Shown here piece after piece: positions 18,385 through 27,233 of a stretch of DNA of 43,993 bases (within the stretch, counting starts at the first letter, position 1; each line of letters begins with the position of its first letter). The position numbers were made by a program, and so were the translations under genes. Origin of the DNA: an uncultured Bacillales bacterium (GTDB lineage: Bacteria > Bacillota_I > Bacilli_A > RFN20 > CAG-826). A model generated the notes under the pieces. That model did not search any database. It saw nothing but the letters and a program-made list of their open reading frames with translations, and was not told where the DNA came from. The stretch spans positions 1 to 43,993 of the forward strand of contig CALMWE010000197.1 of the NCBI GenBank assembly GCA_937873795.1. Reading direction: 5' to 3'.

Positions 18385-19755
18385 CTAATAAAACACTTTA
18401 ATGGTTAAATAGTTGATTAATTCATCGATTGGCAAACGAACTTGCTTCATGCTGTCACGCTCGCGAATCGTCACGGTTTGATCGGCGCTGGTATCGAAAT
18501 CTACGGTAATACAGAACGGTGTTCCGATCGCATCTTGACGGCGATAACGTTTGCCGATGCTTCCGGCTTCGTCATATGTCACGCTGAAATGCTTGCTGAG
18601 GATGTTCACCACTTCACGAGCCTTTTCACTGAGTTGTTTGCTCAGCGGAAGAATGGCCGCTTTGTACGGCGCCACCGCAGGATGCAGGTGCATGACCACG
18701 CGGGAATCGTTTTCCAGTTGTTCTTCGCAATAGGAATCGCAAAGTGTCATCAACGCTAAACGATCAAGGCCTAAAGAAGGTTCAACACAGAACGGAACGT
18801 ACTTTTCGTTGGTATCGGGATCTAAGTATTCTAAGGATTCACCGCTAAACTCCATATGGCGTTTCAAATCGTAATCGGTACGATCGGCAATGCCCCAGAC
18901 TTCACCCCAACCGAAGGGGAATAAGTATTCGATGTCGCTGGTGCCTTTGGAATAGAACGCCAATTCTTCCGGATCATGGTCACGGAAGCGAAGATTTTCT
19001 TTGGTTATTCCTAGGGAATAAAGGAAGTTGATGGCGTAGTCTTTCCAGTAACGGAACCATTCAAGGTCGGTATTGGGTTTGCAGAAGAATTCGAGTTCCA
19101 TTTGTTCGAATTCACGGGTTCTGAAGGTAAAGTTCCCGGGTGTGATTTCATTGCGGAAGGCTTTGCCGACGTTGCAAATACCGACCGGCAATTTTCTCCG
19201 GGTCGTACGCATGACATTCTTAAAGTTCACGAACACGCCTTGGGCAGTTTCGGGACGGAGATAGACCGCCGCTTTGCTGTCATCGGTGACACCGATGTGC
19301 GTTTTGAACATCATATTGAATTGGCGGATATCGGTAAAGTCGCTTTTGCCGCAATTCGGGCATTTGACTTTATTGGCGCGGATGAATTCCATCATTTGTT
19401 CGTTATTCATGGACGTGACATGGGCTTCGGGGAACGCATCTTCGATGAGTTTATCGGCGCGATGGCGAGTTTTGCAGGCTTTGCAGTCGATCAACGGGTC
19501 GTTAAAGGTGGTCACGTGTCCAGTGGCTTCCCAAACACGCGGATTCATCAAAATCGCGGAATCGATGCCGACGTTGGTCGGGCATTCTTGGACGAATTTC
19601 TTCCACCACAAGCGTCTTAAGTTGGCTTTGAGCTCAGAACCTAAAGGACCGTAGTCCCAGGTGTTGCTAAGGCCCCCGTAGATTTCGGAGCCTTGGTAAA
19701 CGAAGCCATAGCTTTGCAAGTGTGTGACAATCCTATCAAAATCGTATTTTGGCAT
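18385..19755 (-). CDS. glyQS: Glycine--tRNA ligase (homodimeric GlyQS type)
   Basis: The N-terminus [23 protein letters not shown] and the class II aaRS motifs ([25 protein letters not shown]) are present. Confidence 0.92.
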   Translation of the reverse strand: MPKYDFDRIVTHLQSYGFVYQGSEIYGGLSNTWDYGPLGSELKANLRRLWWKKFVQECPTNVGIDSAILMNPRVWEATGHVTTFNDPLIDCKACKTRHRADKLIEDAFPEAHVTSMNNEQMMEFIRANKVKCPNCGKSDFTDIRQFNMMFKTHIGVTDDSKAAVYLRPETAQGVFVNFKNVMRTTRRKLPVGICNVGKAFRNEITPGNFTFRTREFEQMELEFFCKPNTDLEWFRYWKDYAINFLYSLGITKENLRFRDHDPEELAFYSKGTSDIEYLFPFGWGEVWGIADRTDYDLKRHMEFSGESLEYLDPDTNEKYVPFCVEPSLGLDRLALMTLCDSYCEEQLENDSRVVMHLHPAVAPYKAAILPLSKQLSEKAREVVNILSKHFSVTYDEAGSIGKRYRRQDAIGTPFCITVDFDTSADQTVTIRERDSMKQVRLPIDELINYLTIKVFY

Positions 19756-19790
19756 GGTACTACCTCCATATAAAAACAGCGTACGGGTCT

Positions 19791-19819
19791 AATTCTATCG
19801 GTATTCGCTTTCGTGTCAA
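19791..19819 (-). promoter_or_regulatory. Near-consensus sigma-A promoter TTGACA-17-TAGAAT for glyQS
   Basis: The minus strand has TTGACA (19819-19814), a 17-nt spacer and TAGAAT (19796-19791). The leader to the GGAGG RBS is only about 30 nt. Confidence 0.65.
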
Positions 19820-19859
19820 CCCACAATGAGTGTATTTTGGTATAAAAAGAAAGGATTTC

Positions 19860-20588
19860 TTACTTTTTGATAGAGCGCAGCAATAATTCGTGTCCCTTAA
19901 GGGAAAGTCCGAGCTGATCGGACGCATATTCTTTGAATTCATTGAGGATGCCAAGGCACTCCTCTTTCGTGAACGCCACGCGTTTGACATCCTCCGGGCC
20001 AACCATGAATAAGTAACGGATGATTTTCAGGTAACGGGAATCGGCGGGATGCATGGTTTCTTCATCCAGGTCGTTCTTACAGACGAAGCCGCCGTCGGGA
20101 TAGCTCACGGCAACGATATCTTTGGTGGAATCACAGAAAACGCAGTGTCCGACTTCAAGACCGTACCCTGCCGCCTTCAAAACTTGGGCAAAGAAGACGA
20201 TGACCGTGGTTAAAAGGTCAAATCCGGACTCAATCGCTTCCAAAGCATTCTTAAAATAAGGGTAAATGGCCGAGGCTTCATCCTCACCAACGCCATGAAG
20301 GGTCAATTCGCCTAATAACGATAAAGCCGCCAAGCGGTCCAAGCTTTTAAAGGATTCTTCGTAGCTTTTGATCAGGGTTCCGTTTTTTAGCGATAATCCG
20401 GTCCCTTTTCCTTCGGAAAACTCAAACCGGGAGAACGCATATTGAGTCAAACTGGCAGCGTTTTTGTTTTCGATCGACAGGACACCGCGCGCCATAAAAG
20501 AAAGGACGCCGGTCGCGGTCAAAACATTGACCATGGCGTCTTTTTCTTTAAACGGAGTTACGCGAAGCACGATGCCTTCAAATTCCAT
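19860..20588 (-). CDS. recO: DNA repair protein RecO
   Basis: Has an N-terminal OB-fold region and a central CxxC zinc motif (GHCVFCDS...FVC). It lies directly after era, as in Bacillus. Confidence 0.85.
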   Translation of the reverse strand: MEFEGIVLRVTPFKEKDAMVNVLTATGVLSFMARGVLSIENKNAASLTQYAFSRFEFSEGKGTGLSLKNGTLIKSYEESFKSLDRLAALSLLGELTLHGVGEDEASAIYPYFKNALEAIESGFDLLTTVIVFFAQVLKAAGYGLEVGHCVFCDSTKDIVAVSYPDGGFVCKNDLDEETMHPADSRYLKIIRYLFMVGPEDVKRVAFTKEECLGILNEFKEYASDQLGLSLKGHELLLRSIKK

Positions 20589-21473
20589 TTATTCTTCTTC
20601 CTTGTATCCAAAGAGCTTGAGGTGATGGGCGGAATCGCGCCAACCTTCCTCGACGCTCACATACAGATTGAGGTTAACTTTGACACCAAGCAATTCTTCG
20701 ATGTCTTCTCGGGCTTTGATACCGATGCTTTTGATTTTCTTACCGCCACGGCCGATCATGATGCCCTTTTGGGAATCCTTTTCGACGATGATGGTCGCAT
20801 AAATATCGGTTTTTTCTTTCTTGGGCGTGATTTTTTCAATCGAGATGGCCACCGAGTGCGGGACTTCTTCTTGCGTCAACAGCATGACTTTCTCACGAAT
20901 GATTTCGGCAATGATGAAGGACTCGGGGTGATCGCAATAAACGCCATCAGGGAAGTATTTTGGGCCTTCCGGCAAAAGATTGAGCAGTTTCTTTAAAAGA
21001 ATATCGACATTGATGGCGTCCGCCGCAACAGTCTCGGCAAAATCGGCATTCGGGAACAAACTTTGGTATTTTTCTTTGATTTGGGCCAACTTTTCAGTGG
21101 TCGTGAGGTCGATTTTGTTCAAAACGACGATGAGCTTGCCATCCGGATGGACACGGTCGACCAAGAATTGATCGCCTTCGCCGAACGGTAACGAGCTATC
21201 GACGACCAGAAGGGTGCAATCGACGTTGTTGACTGAAGAAAAAGCCACTTTGTTCATGTATTCGCCCAAGCGGTAATGGGGTTTATGGATCCCGGGCGTG
21301 TCGACGAACACGATTTGCGCATCGGGGGCGTTATAAATGCCTTGGATGTTGGTGCGTGTCGTTTGCGGTTTAGGGGTAATAATCGATATTTTTCGGCCGA
21401 CTAAGACGTTAAGAAGCGTCGATTTTCCGACATTGGGACGGCCGATGATGGCAACGAAACCTGATTTCATCAT
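20589..21473 (-). CDS. era: GTPase Era
   Basis: G1 GRPNVGKST, G3 DTPG and G4 NKID are present, with a C-terminal KH domain (VEKDSQKGIMIGRGGKKIK). Confidence 0.92.
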   Translation of the reverse strand: MMKSGFVAIIGRPNVGKSTLLNVLVGRKISIITPKPQTTRTNIQGIYNAPDAQIVFVDTPGIHKPHYRLGEYMNKVAFSSVNNVDCTLLVVDSSLPFGEGDQFLVDRVHPDGKLIVVLNKIDLTTTEKLAQIKEKYQSLFPNADFAETVAADAINVDILLKKLLNLLPEGPKYFPDGVYCDHPESFIIAEIIREKVMLLTQEEVPHSVAISIEKITPKKEKTDIYATIIVEKDSQKGIMIGRGGKKIKSIGIKAREDIEELLGVKVNLNLYVSVEEGWRDSAHHLKLFGYKEEE

Positions 21474-21874
21474 TACATGTCACTTTCTTCGAAAGCGTAC
21501 GGTAAAAGTTCAGCGACTTTGCTTTCTTTGGCGATGCCTTTGAGGTTGCCCATGATGACGGGAACGTCTTTATTCAGCAATTCGGACATGACTTGACGGC
21601 ACGCACCGCACGGGGACACCGGACGGGGCGCATCGGCAACGACGGCCAAAGCGACGAAGTCTTCTTTTTTCTTGCCGGCGAGGATAGCCGAGTAAATGGC
21701 GGTCCGTTCGGCACACATGCACAGCGGGAACGAGGCGTTTTCGATGTTGGCGCCATGGAAGACGGTGCCATCTTTACACATCAAGGCGGCCCCCACCGCA
21801 AAGTGAGAATAGGGGGAAATCGACTTTAAACGGGCTTTCTTGGCTTCTTCGAGCAACTCTTTATGATTCATCAT
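21473..21874 (-). CDS. cdd: Cytidine deaminase
   Basis: The zinc-binding motifs CAERTA and PCGACRQ are present. The protein is 133 aa, and AAGGAG lies 5 nt upstream of the ATG. Confidence 0.9.
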   Translation of the reverse strand: MMNHKELLEEAKKARLKSISPYSHFAVGAALMCKDGTVFHGANIENASFPLCMCAERTAIYSAILAGKKKEDFVALAVVADAPRPVSPCGACRQVMSELLNKDVPVIMGNLKGIAKESKVAELLPYAFEESDM

Positions 21875-22329
21875 GCATTCTCCTTTTTTCCTAAAATCGT
21901 ATCTTGCAGGCCGAACATCACGGTTTCTTCTTCGGGAGTCCCGTGGTCGTAGCCTAACAAGTGTAGCAAACCGTGAACAAAGAGGAAAGTAATTTCTCTT
22001 TTCTCGCTGTGACCATAGTCTTTGGCTTGAGCCAAGGCCTTGTCGATTGAGATGATAATGACGCCCAAATCGTGCACCGGGCCACCTTTGATGGCTACTT
22101 CGCCTTCCACTTCGTCATCGAACGCAAAGCTGATGACGTCGGTCGGACGGTCGACGTGTCGGTACTCACGGTTGATCTGATGGATGCGCTCATTGTTCAC
22201 AAAGTCGACTTCGAGGGCTACACGGGTACTTTTTTTAAGGTGCTTGAAAGTTTTACGGGCCAGTTCATTAAAGAGGGACTCGTAAACATCGTAGGCAGCG
22301 CCATAATCGTTTTGGAAGACTAATTCCAC
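21871..22329 (-). CDS. ybeY: rRNA maturation endoribonuclease YbeY
   Basis: The HGLLHLLGYDH metal-binding motif is present. The start is GTG at 22327-22329, after GAGGAA. Confidence 0.9.
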   Translation of the reverse strand: MELVFQNDYGAAYDVYESLFNELARKTFKHLKKSTRVALEVDFVNNERIHQINREYRHVDRPTDVISFAFDDEVEGEVAIKGGPVHDLGVIIISIDKALAQAKDYGHSEKREITFLFVHGLLHLLGYDHGTPEEETVMFGLQDTILGKKENA

Positions 22330-22353
22330 GTTCGTTTCCTCGTGCGTGCCTCT

Positions 22354-22362
22354 ATTCTATCA
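22354..22362 (-). promoter_or_regulatory. Candidate extended -10 promoter (TGaTAGAAT) for ybeY-cdd-era-recO
   Basis: The minus strand reads ttaataTGaTAGAATagagg, 25 nt upstream of the ybeY GTG. Confidence 0.4.
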
Positions 22363-22387
22363 TATTAAGGAAAAAAGGGGATTTGTT

Positions 22388-23581
22388 TCATTTCAGCCCG
22401 TGATATCGGTTAATCAACAAGCGGGTTTTATCCTGTTTTTTGGAGAAATCCATCATCGAGCGGATGTTCTCCGAGAGGAAAGCCAACGCCATGAAGTGAA
22501 AGACCAAGTAATTGAGCGACACGTTTCCGGTCAAGCCCATCGAAATGAGCACGCCAGCAAGAAGTGCAAACCAGAAAAGGTATTTCCGCACCTCATCTTC
22601 CATGGCATAGCGATAGGTTTGGCCATTCAGCGTGCCGAGGGACTCGCCCACGTCGATTTCAAGACGGTTATGAGTCATCCCTTCGATCAGGGCATCTTCC
22701 TGTTCGGCAATCTTACGGGCGGTTTTATCTTGTCGCGGTTTCCAGTAGAGCCGTTCCCCTACCAAACAGGCGACGACAAAGCTTACCAAGATGAGGTTAT
22801 TCCACCCGTTGAGGCCGAGGATGGCGATGAACGCAACTACCGTCATCAAATGAGTAATGAAACTCAGTGGCGTAACGATCAAAGATGATTTGAGTTCATA
22901 AAGGAAATGGAGGTTGGGACGTATATCCTTATTAATAGTCTTCATTTTGGGAACGATAAAGTTTTGATCGAGAAAAACCATGGCTTTCAAGAGGGCCCCT
23001 TTATAAAGGAGTTCCAAGACGATATAGGCGGCAAATAGGGCGATGGGGACGGCAAAATGCGAACCCGAATTCACGGATGCCAAACCCGCTAAAAGGGCCA
23101 AGGCGCTGAGCGATTGCCACCCATAAAGGGCCATTCGGTTCTTCTTGGGAAGTTCGACTTCTTGTTTGATTTTTGTCGTGGGTTTGACCCAATCGGCAAC
23201 AATCAAGAATTGACCTGTAAACATCTCCAGGAATTCCGCTTTCGGCATTGCATAAATCCCGGTCGCGGGATCGCGTAGGACGACCTTTTTACGACGGATT
23301 TTGTCGACGATCACATAATGCGTCTTTCCTTGTTTTTCAATCAAGGCGATAAACGCTCCTTGGGTCGAAAAGACTTCTTTCTTGCTGATGACCTTGTAGC
23401 CTTCCAAAGTAAGCCCGAACGGGCTGGCCATGCTCACCAAATCGAGAAACGACAAAGGTCCCTTTTGGTGGGTCGCGGGAAGGGTTAAATAATCATCGTT
23501 GCGGCTCAGATCGGATAGAATCATTTTCAAACACGCCCAGCCACAATCGCGGGACGTGGTCTGCATGACGAAATGGTGCAT
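22388..23581 (-). CDS. Peptidase C39-like domain fused to an ABC-exporter-like 6-TM domain, with no nucleotide-binding domain
   Basis: The N-terminus QTTSRDCGWACLKMIL matches the C39 Gln/Cys signature, and KTHYVIV and LRDPATG supply the His and Asp. About six hydrophobic helices follow. The ORF ends 58 nt before ybeY, which leaves no room for an ATPase. An AGGAG RBS is present. Confidence 0.6.
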   Translation of the reverse strand: MHHFVMQTTSRDCGWACLKMILSDLSRNDDYLTLPATHQKGPLSFLDLVSMASPFGLTLEGYKVISKKEVFSTQGAFIALIEKQGKTHYVIVDKIRRKKVVLRDPATGIYAMPKAEFLEMFTGQFLIVADWVKPTTKIKQEVELPKKNRMALYGWQSLSALALLAGLASVNSGSHFAVPIALFAAYIVLELLYKGALLKAMVFLDQNFIVPKMKTINKDIRPNLHFLYELKSSLIVTPLSFITHLMTVVAFIAILGLNGWNNLILVSFVVACLVGERLYWKPRQDKTARKIAEQEDALIEGMTHNRLEIDVGESLGTLNGQTYRYAMEDEVRKYLFWFALLAGVLISMGLTGNVSLNYLVFHFMALAFLSENIRSMMDFSKKQDKTRLLINRYHGLK

Positions 23582-23633
23582 GTTATCATCTCCTAATACT
23601 TAATAGGAAGACGATTGGCAAAATTGACCCATC

Positions 23634-23666
23634 AAATAAAAAAGGCCCCGTAGGGCCTAATTTTTT
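23634..23666 (-). terminator. Rho-independent terminator after rpsU
   Basis: AGGCCC-cgta-GGGCCT flanked by a T-run (minus-strand sense TTTTTTATTT). It starts right at the rpsU stop. Confidence 0.7.
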
Positions 23667-23838
23667 AGTACGATTTGCGGCGAGCTTGTTCGGACTTGAG
23701 TTTCCGGCGAAGACCGGGTTTCAAGTAGAATTCACGTTTGCGAGCCTCTTGGAGCGTACCAGCCTTGTTGACTTGACGTTTGAAGCGGCGGAGAGCGTCA
23801 TCGAGCGATTCGTTCTCACGGACTACTGTTTTTGGCAT
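23665..23838 (-). CDS. rpsU: 30S ribosomal protein S21
   Basis: Below the ORF-track cutoff. Manual translation gives [57 protein letters not shown] (57 aa). An AAGGAGGG RBS is present. Confidence 0.9.
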   Translation of the reverse strand: MPKTVVRENESLDDALRRFKRQVNKAGTLQEARKREFYLKPGLRRKLKSEQARRKSY

Positions 23839-23880
23839 AATATCCCTCCTTCTTTAGCGGCTTGCTAGGACAACGGATTT

Positions 23881-23910
23881 ATTATAATATGCGCCGACCA
23901 GTAAAAGCAA
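23881..23910 (-). promoter_or_regulatory. Sigma-A-type promoter TTGCTT-18-TATAAT for rpsU
   Basis: The minus strand has TTGCTT (23910-23905), an 18-nt spacer and TATAAT (23886-23881). Confidence 0.55.
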
Positions 23911-23933
23911 TAATATATAAAAAATCTTTATCT

Positions 23934-24569
23934 TTAGATAATCTTCGGACCGGCGCTGGTTCCGATACGGCTGGCGCCCGCTTCGACCATGGCGATCAAG
24001 TCTTCGTGGGTACGCACACCGCCACTGGCTTTGACGCCGATGTCGGGACCGACGGTTTTACGCATCAAGGCGACATCATGGACGGTCGCACCACCGGTGC
24101 TGAAGCCGGTCGAGGTCTTCACATAATCGGCACCCGCTTCGACGGCGAGTTTGCAGGCACGGACTTTTTCTTCATCGGTCAATAAGCAGGTTTCGATGAT
24201 GACTTTGAGGAGAATTTGATTGCAGGCATCTTTGATGTCGCGGATTTCGTCGAGCACATACTTGTCGTTATGGGCTTTGAGTTGCGAAACGTTGATCACC
24301 ATGTCGATTTCGGTGGCTCCGGCGAAGATGGCTTCGCGGGTTTCATACACTTTGACGTTGCTTAATGTGGCGCCTAACGGAAATCCGATGACGGTGCAAA
24401 CCTTGACATCGGTATCTTTGAGATGTTTGACGGCAAGGGGGACAAAAGCGGGATTCACGCAGACGGAAGCGAATCCGTATTTTTTGGCTTCCTCGCAGAG
24501 TGTGATAATGGCTTCCGGGGTGACATCCGGTTTGAGGGCGGTATGGTCGATTAATTTATTATAGTTCAT
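23934..24569 (-). CDS. deoC: Deoxyribose-phosphate aldolase
   Basis: Class I aldolase pattern: [18 protein letters not shown], the Schiff-base region LKVIIE and YVKTSTGF, and ASGGVR. Confidence 0.9.
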   Translation of the reverse strand: MNYNKLIDHTALKPDVTPEAIITLCEEAKKYGFASVCVNPAFVPLAVKHLKDTDVKVCTVIGFPLGATLSNVKVYETREAIFAGATEIDMVINVSQLKAHNDKYVLDEIRDIKDACNQILLKVIIETCLLTDEEKVRACKLAVEAGADYVKTSTGFSTGGATVHDVALMRKTVGPDIGVKASGGVRTHEDLIAMVEAGASRIGTSAGPKII

Positions 24570-24593
24570 GCTGTTTACCTCTTTCTAATGGTC

Positions 24594-24602
24594 ATTATAA
24601 CA
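24594..24602 (-). promoter_or_regulatory. Candidate extended -10 promoter (TGtTATAAT) for deoC
   Basis: The minus strand reads ttgtaaataccaaaaaacTGtTATAATgacc, with an upstream TTGTAA-like -35 at short spacing. Confidence 0.5.
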
Positions 24603-24648
24603 GTTTTTTGGTATTTACAAAATAGCGTTTAAGGGCAAAAAGAGGAAC

Positions 24649-24672
24649 AAAAAAACCGAGCAAGCTCGGTTT
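24649..24672 (-). terminator. Rho-independent terminator after rpmF
   Basis: The minus strand reads AACCGAG-cttg-CTCGGTT followed by TTTTTTT. Confidence 0.65.
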
Positions 24673-24685
24673 GATTGAGAAACTC

Positions 24686-25018
24686 TTATTCGCCTCTGTT
24701 ACCAATGCGGTTCGCGGTAACTTTTTTGGTCGCTGCGGCCTTCTTGGTGGCTTTGACTTCGGCTTTCGGGGCGGCGACGGCTTTTTCAGCATTGACCACG
24801 GGTTTCTTGGTCACTTTCTTTTCCGTAGCCTTCGGTGCGGCTTCCGGGACGCTCACGACGGCCTTGCCATCGTAATAGCCACAGTTGGGGCACACATGGT
24901 GCGAACGGATCATCGTTCCGCAATGCGGGCAAGTGTTTAAACCGGAAACGGCCAAATGGAAATGGCTCCGGCGTAATCTTTTCGCAGTTTTCGAAGTTCT
25001 CCTGAATGGGACTGCCAT
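24686..25018 (-). CDS. rpmF: 50S ribosomal protein L32 (Zn-ribbon form) with a Lys/Ala-rich C-terminal extension of about 50 aa
   Basis: The N-terminal 55 aa, [55 protein letters not shown], are canonical L32. The ORF continues for a further 55 aa of low-complexity A/K/V/P/E sequence. Confidence 0.85.
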   Translation of the reverse strand: MAVPFRRTSKTAKRLRRSHFHLAVSGLNTCPHCGTMIRSHHVCPNCGYYDGKAVVSVPEAAPKATEKKVTKKPVVNAEKAVAAPKAEVKATKKAAATKKVTANRIGNRGE

Positions 25019-25054
25019 AAAATAAATCCTCCTTGTGTCTTAGACAACAACGGT

Positions 25055-25083
25055 ATTATAGTGTTATCAAAAACCGATGTCAA
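25055..25083 (-). promoter_or_regulatory. Consensus sigma-A promoter TTGACA-17-TATAAT for rpmF
   Basis: The minus strand has TTGACA (25083-25078), a 17-nt spacer and TATAAT (25060-25055). An AAGGAGG RBS lies downstream. Confidence 0.7.
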
Positions 25084-25154
25084 CGAAATTTAGACATCTT
25101 CTAAATATTTTCAAATAAATACGATGGTTGATATATTTATTTTCTATACACTGT

Positions 25155-26417
25155 CTAGCGTTTGTACTGAATTTTGACAATTTTACCACGTAAATCTTCG
25201 TCACTTTGGAGCGTCCCTTGAAGATAGTTGGAACTATGGCCCCGCCATAAGAGGGTCTCGGGGTCGCGGTCTTCGACGATAATCTCCATCGTCTGTCCGA
25301 CAAAGCGGGAAGAATAAGCCTCATGGAGTTGATCGGATAACGTAAGCAAGGCCTGCACGCGTTGTTTCTTCACGTTGCCGTCGACTTGGTCTTTCATGCG
25401 TGCCGCCGCCGTTCCGGAACGAGGGCTGAATGGGAACACATGCAGTTGGCTGAAGCCGGCGGTCTTGATGAAGTCCACCGTTTCTTGGAATTCGGCATCG
25501 GTCTCGCCGGGGAAGCCCACGATCACATCGGTCGTAATGGCGATATCGGGAACAGCTTGGCGAATCTTTTTTAAAACATTAAGGAAATACGAAGTATCGT
25601 ATTTACGGTTCATGCGTTTGAGGACGCTTGTGGAACCACTTTGAAGCGGAATATGCAAATGTCGCGCGATGGTTTCGTTATGTTTCAAGAGTTCGATGAA
25701 CTCGTCGTTGATTTCAGTGTCCTCGATGCTCGAGATCCGTAACCGGAAAAGTCTCGGTTCAGAAGCTAAAATGTCGCGGACCAAATCGACGAAATGATAA
25801 TCGCCGAAGTCATTCCCGTATCCGGCGGTATGAATGCCCGTCAACACGATTTCCCGATATCCTTGGTCAGAAAGGCGATGGACTTCGCGGAGAATATCCT
25901 CTTTGGCACGGCTACGCATTTTGCCACGCGCAAAGGGAATGATGCAATACGAACAATAGTTGTCGCATCCGTCTTGAATCTTCAAAAACGCACGGGCGTT
26001 ATCCGAATAGGACGTGACATTGAGGGGTTCATAATCGAACTCGCGGGTTTTCTCTTCCACTACGTCGCGGACTTTGCCGGTGGCCTTAAATTCCTCGATT
26101 AAATCGGGGATTTCGCCTCTGTGGGAGGTTCCGACGACGATATGTACGCCGGGGATATCCCGGACAAAGGTATGCGCCATTTGGGTATAGCAACCCATGG
26201 CTACGATGATAGCGTGGGGATGTTTGGCGATTAACGAACGGATATGTTGCCGCGATTTTTGGTCGCTGGTCGACGTGACGCTGCAGGTGTTGATGACCAC
26301 CACATCAGGTTCCTCATCAATCGCAGGTTCATAGCCACGCGCTTGCAAAAGATTTTCAAGGGCGGTCGACTCGTAGGTGTTGACCTTGCAACCCAGGGTA
26401 AAAACAAGATAACGCAT
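25155..26417 (-). CDS. mtaB: tRNA threonylcarbamoyladenosine methylthiotransferase MtaB (radical SAM, YqeV-like)
   Basis: Has the UPF0004 N-terminal domain TLGCKVNTYES...INTCSVT and the radical SAM motif CDNYCSYCIIP. It sits in the yqeV position downstream of rsmE. Confidence 0.85.
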   Translation of the reverse strand: MRYLVFTLGCKVNTYESTALENLLQARGYEPAIDEEPDVVVINTCSVTSTSDQKSRQHIRSLIAKHPHAIIVAMGCYTQMAHTFVRDIPGVHIVVGTSHRGEIPDLIEEFKATGKVRDVVEEKTREFDYEPLNVTSYSDNARAFLKIQDGCDNYCSYCIIPFARGKMRSRAKEDILREVHRLSDQGYREIVLTGIHTAGYGNDFGDYHFVDLVRDILASEPRLFRLRISSIEDTEINDEFIELLKHNETIARHLHIPLQSGSTSVLKRMNRKYDTSYFLNVLKKIRQAVPDIAITTDVIVGFPGETDAEFQETVDFIKTAGFSQLHVFPFSPRSGTAAARMKDQVDGNVKKQRVQALLTLSDQLHEAYSSRFVGQTMEIIVEDRDPETLLWRGHSSNYLQGTLQSDEDLRGKIVKIQYKR

Positions 26418-26420
26418 GGT

Positions 26421-27233
26421 TTATTTCTCTTTCGCGATACGGCCTTGACGGATGCTCGACAAATGGGCATGCTTGGCCAATCGGCGGTACATTTTGCTGC
26501 TGATCAGTTTCTTTTTCCTTAAAAGGAAAATAAACGTTTTCTTATCGTTGGCGAAATACGCTTCCATCACGGGCAAAATGCGCTCCATGATGTGGCTGGC
26601 GTTGGGCGAACGGAGGTATTTATCAAACAGCGGAATCTTGACGTCCAAGGTCCCCTGCTTGTTGATCACATAGATGGTTTGGAAGTCGTAATGGTAATAC
26701 GCCGTTGAGGTCCGGTCGCCGGAAAGTCTCACCAATTTGGTGAAGAACGAATCAAAAAGCATATCGTTATACGTCTCAAACGGGTCAATCGTCGAGGTAA
26801 CGAAATCGGTCTTGAGTTTGTCGTAGGGATAATCCAAAAGTTTATCGGGTTCGGAGAAATAGATGATGTTCAAAGCGCGCGGAAAAAAGGGAATGTAGAG
26901 TTTGTTCTCTCCGTCTTTCATGTAGGGAAGGTCCAACTTCTTTTCCAAAAATTTCTCACGGATGAAATGATGTTTGACGGCTTTGAATTCCAACATCGAT
27001 TGAGCTTCAAGCGCCCCAAGCACTTCTTCGATTTGCAGCTTATTTTCCATTCCGTGGAGCAGAATGTTCGCCCGGATGAGTTGAAAATCATCGCTGACAT
27101 CGTAAAAATCGGTAAAAACCTCATACTTCAAAAAGAGTTTCCGATGTTCGGCAAAATAACGGTATTCCTCGGTCGGGACCAACCGCCGGATGCGGGCTTT
27201 CCGCAACATGGATTCATAAAGTCGATTACTCAT
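26421..27233 (-). CDS. Hypothetical soluble protein (270 aa) with no recognised domain
   Basis: The ORF has its ATG at 27231-27233, embedded in the rsmE stop region (ATGAGTAA, 8-nt overlap), and its stop lies 3 nt before the mtaB ATG. It is rich in aromatic and charged residues. I could not recognise any motif. Confidence 0.6.
   Translation of the reverse strand: MSNRLYESMLRKARIRRLVPTEEYRYFAEHRKLFLKYEVFTDFYDVSDDFQLIRANILLHGMENKLQIEEVLGALEAQSMLEFKAVKHHFIREKFLEKKLDLPYMKDGENKLYIPFFPRALNIIYFSEPDKLLDYPYDKLKTDFVTSTIDPFETYNDMLFDSFFTKLVRLSGDRTSTAYYHYDFQTIYVINKQGTLDVKIPLFDKYLRSPNASHIMERILPVMEAYFANDKKTFIFLLRKKKLISSKMYRRLAKHAHLSSIRQGRIAKEK

Noticed and set aside
19756-19859. An expected T-box riboswitch leader upstream of glyQS.
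   Set aside because: Only about 100 nt separate recO from glyQS, and most of that is a near-consensus promoter whose predicted start leaves a leader of about 30 nt. There is no specifier stem, T-box sequence or terminator/antiterminator pair. glyQS appears to be expressed without a T-box here.
23582-23633. A dedicated promoter for the C39-TMD gene (TTGCCA-17-TATTAG on the minus strand).
   Set aside because: The -10 lacks the invariant final T and matches only 4 of 6 positions. I cannot distinguish a weak promoter from read-through of the rpsU terminator, so it is not listed as a feature.
25084-25154. AT-rich hairpins after mtaB (AAATAAATA-N12-TATTTATTT and ATTTAGA-agatg-TCTAAAT), considered as a terminator.
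   Set aside because: The stems are entirely A/T with no following U-tract of convincing length. They may help termination but are too weak to call.
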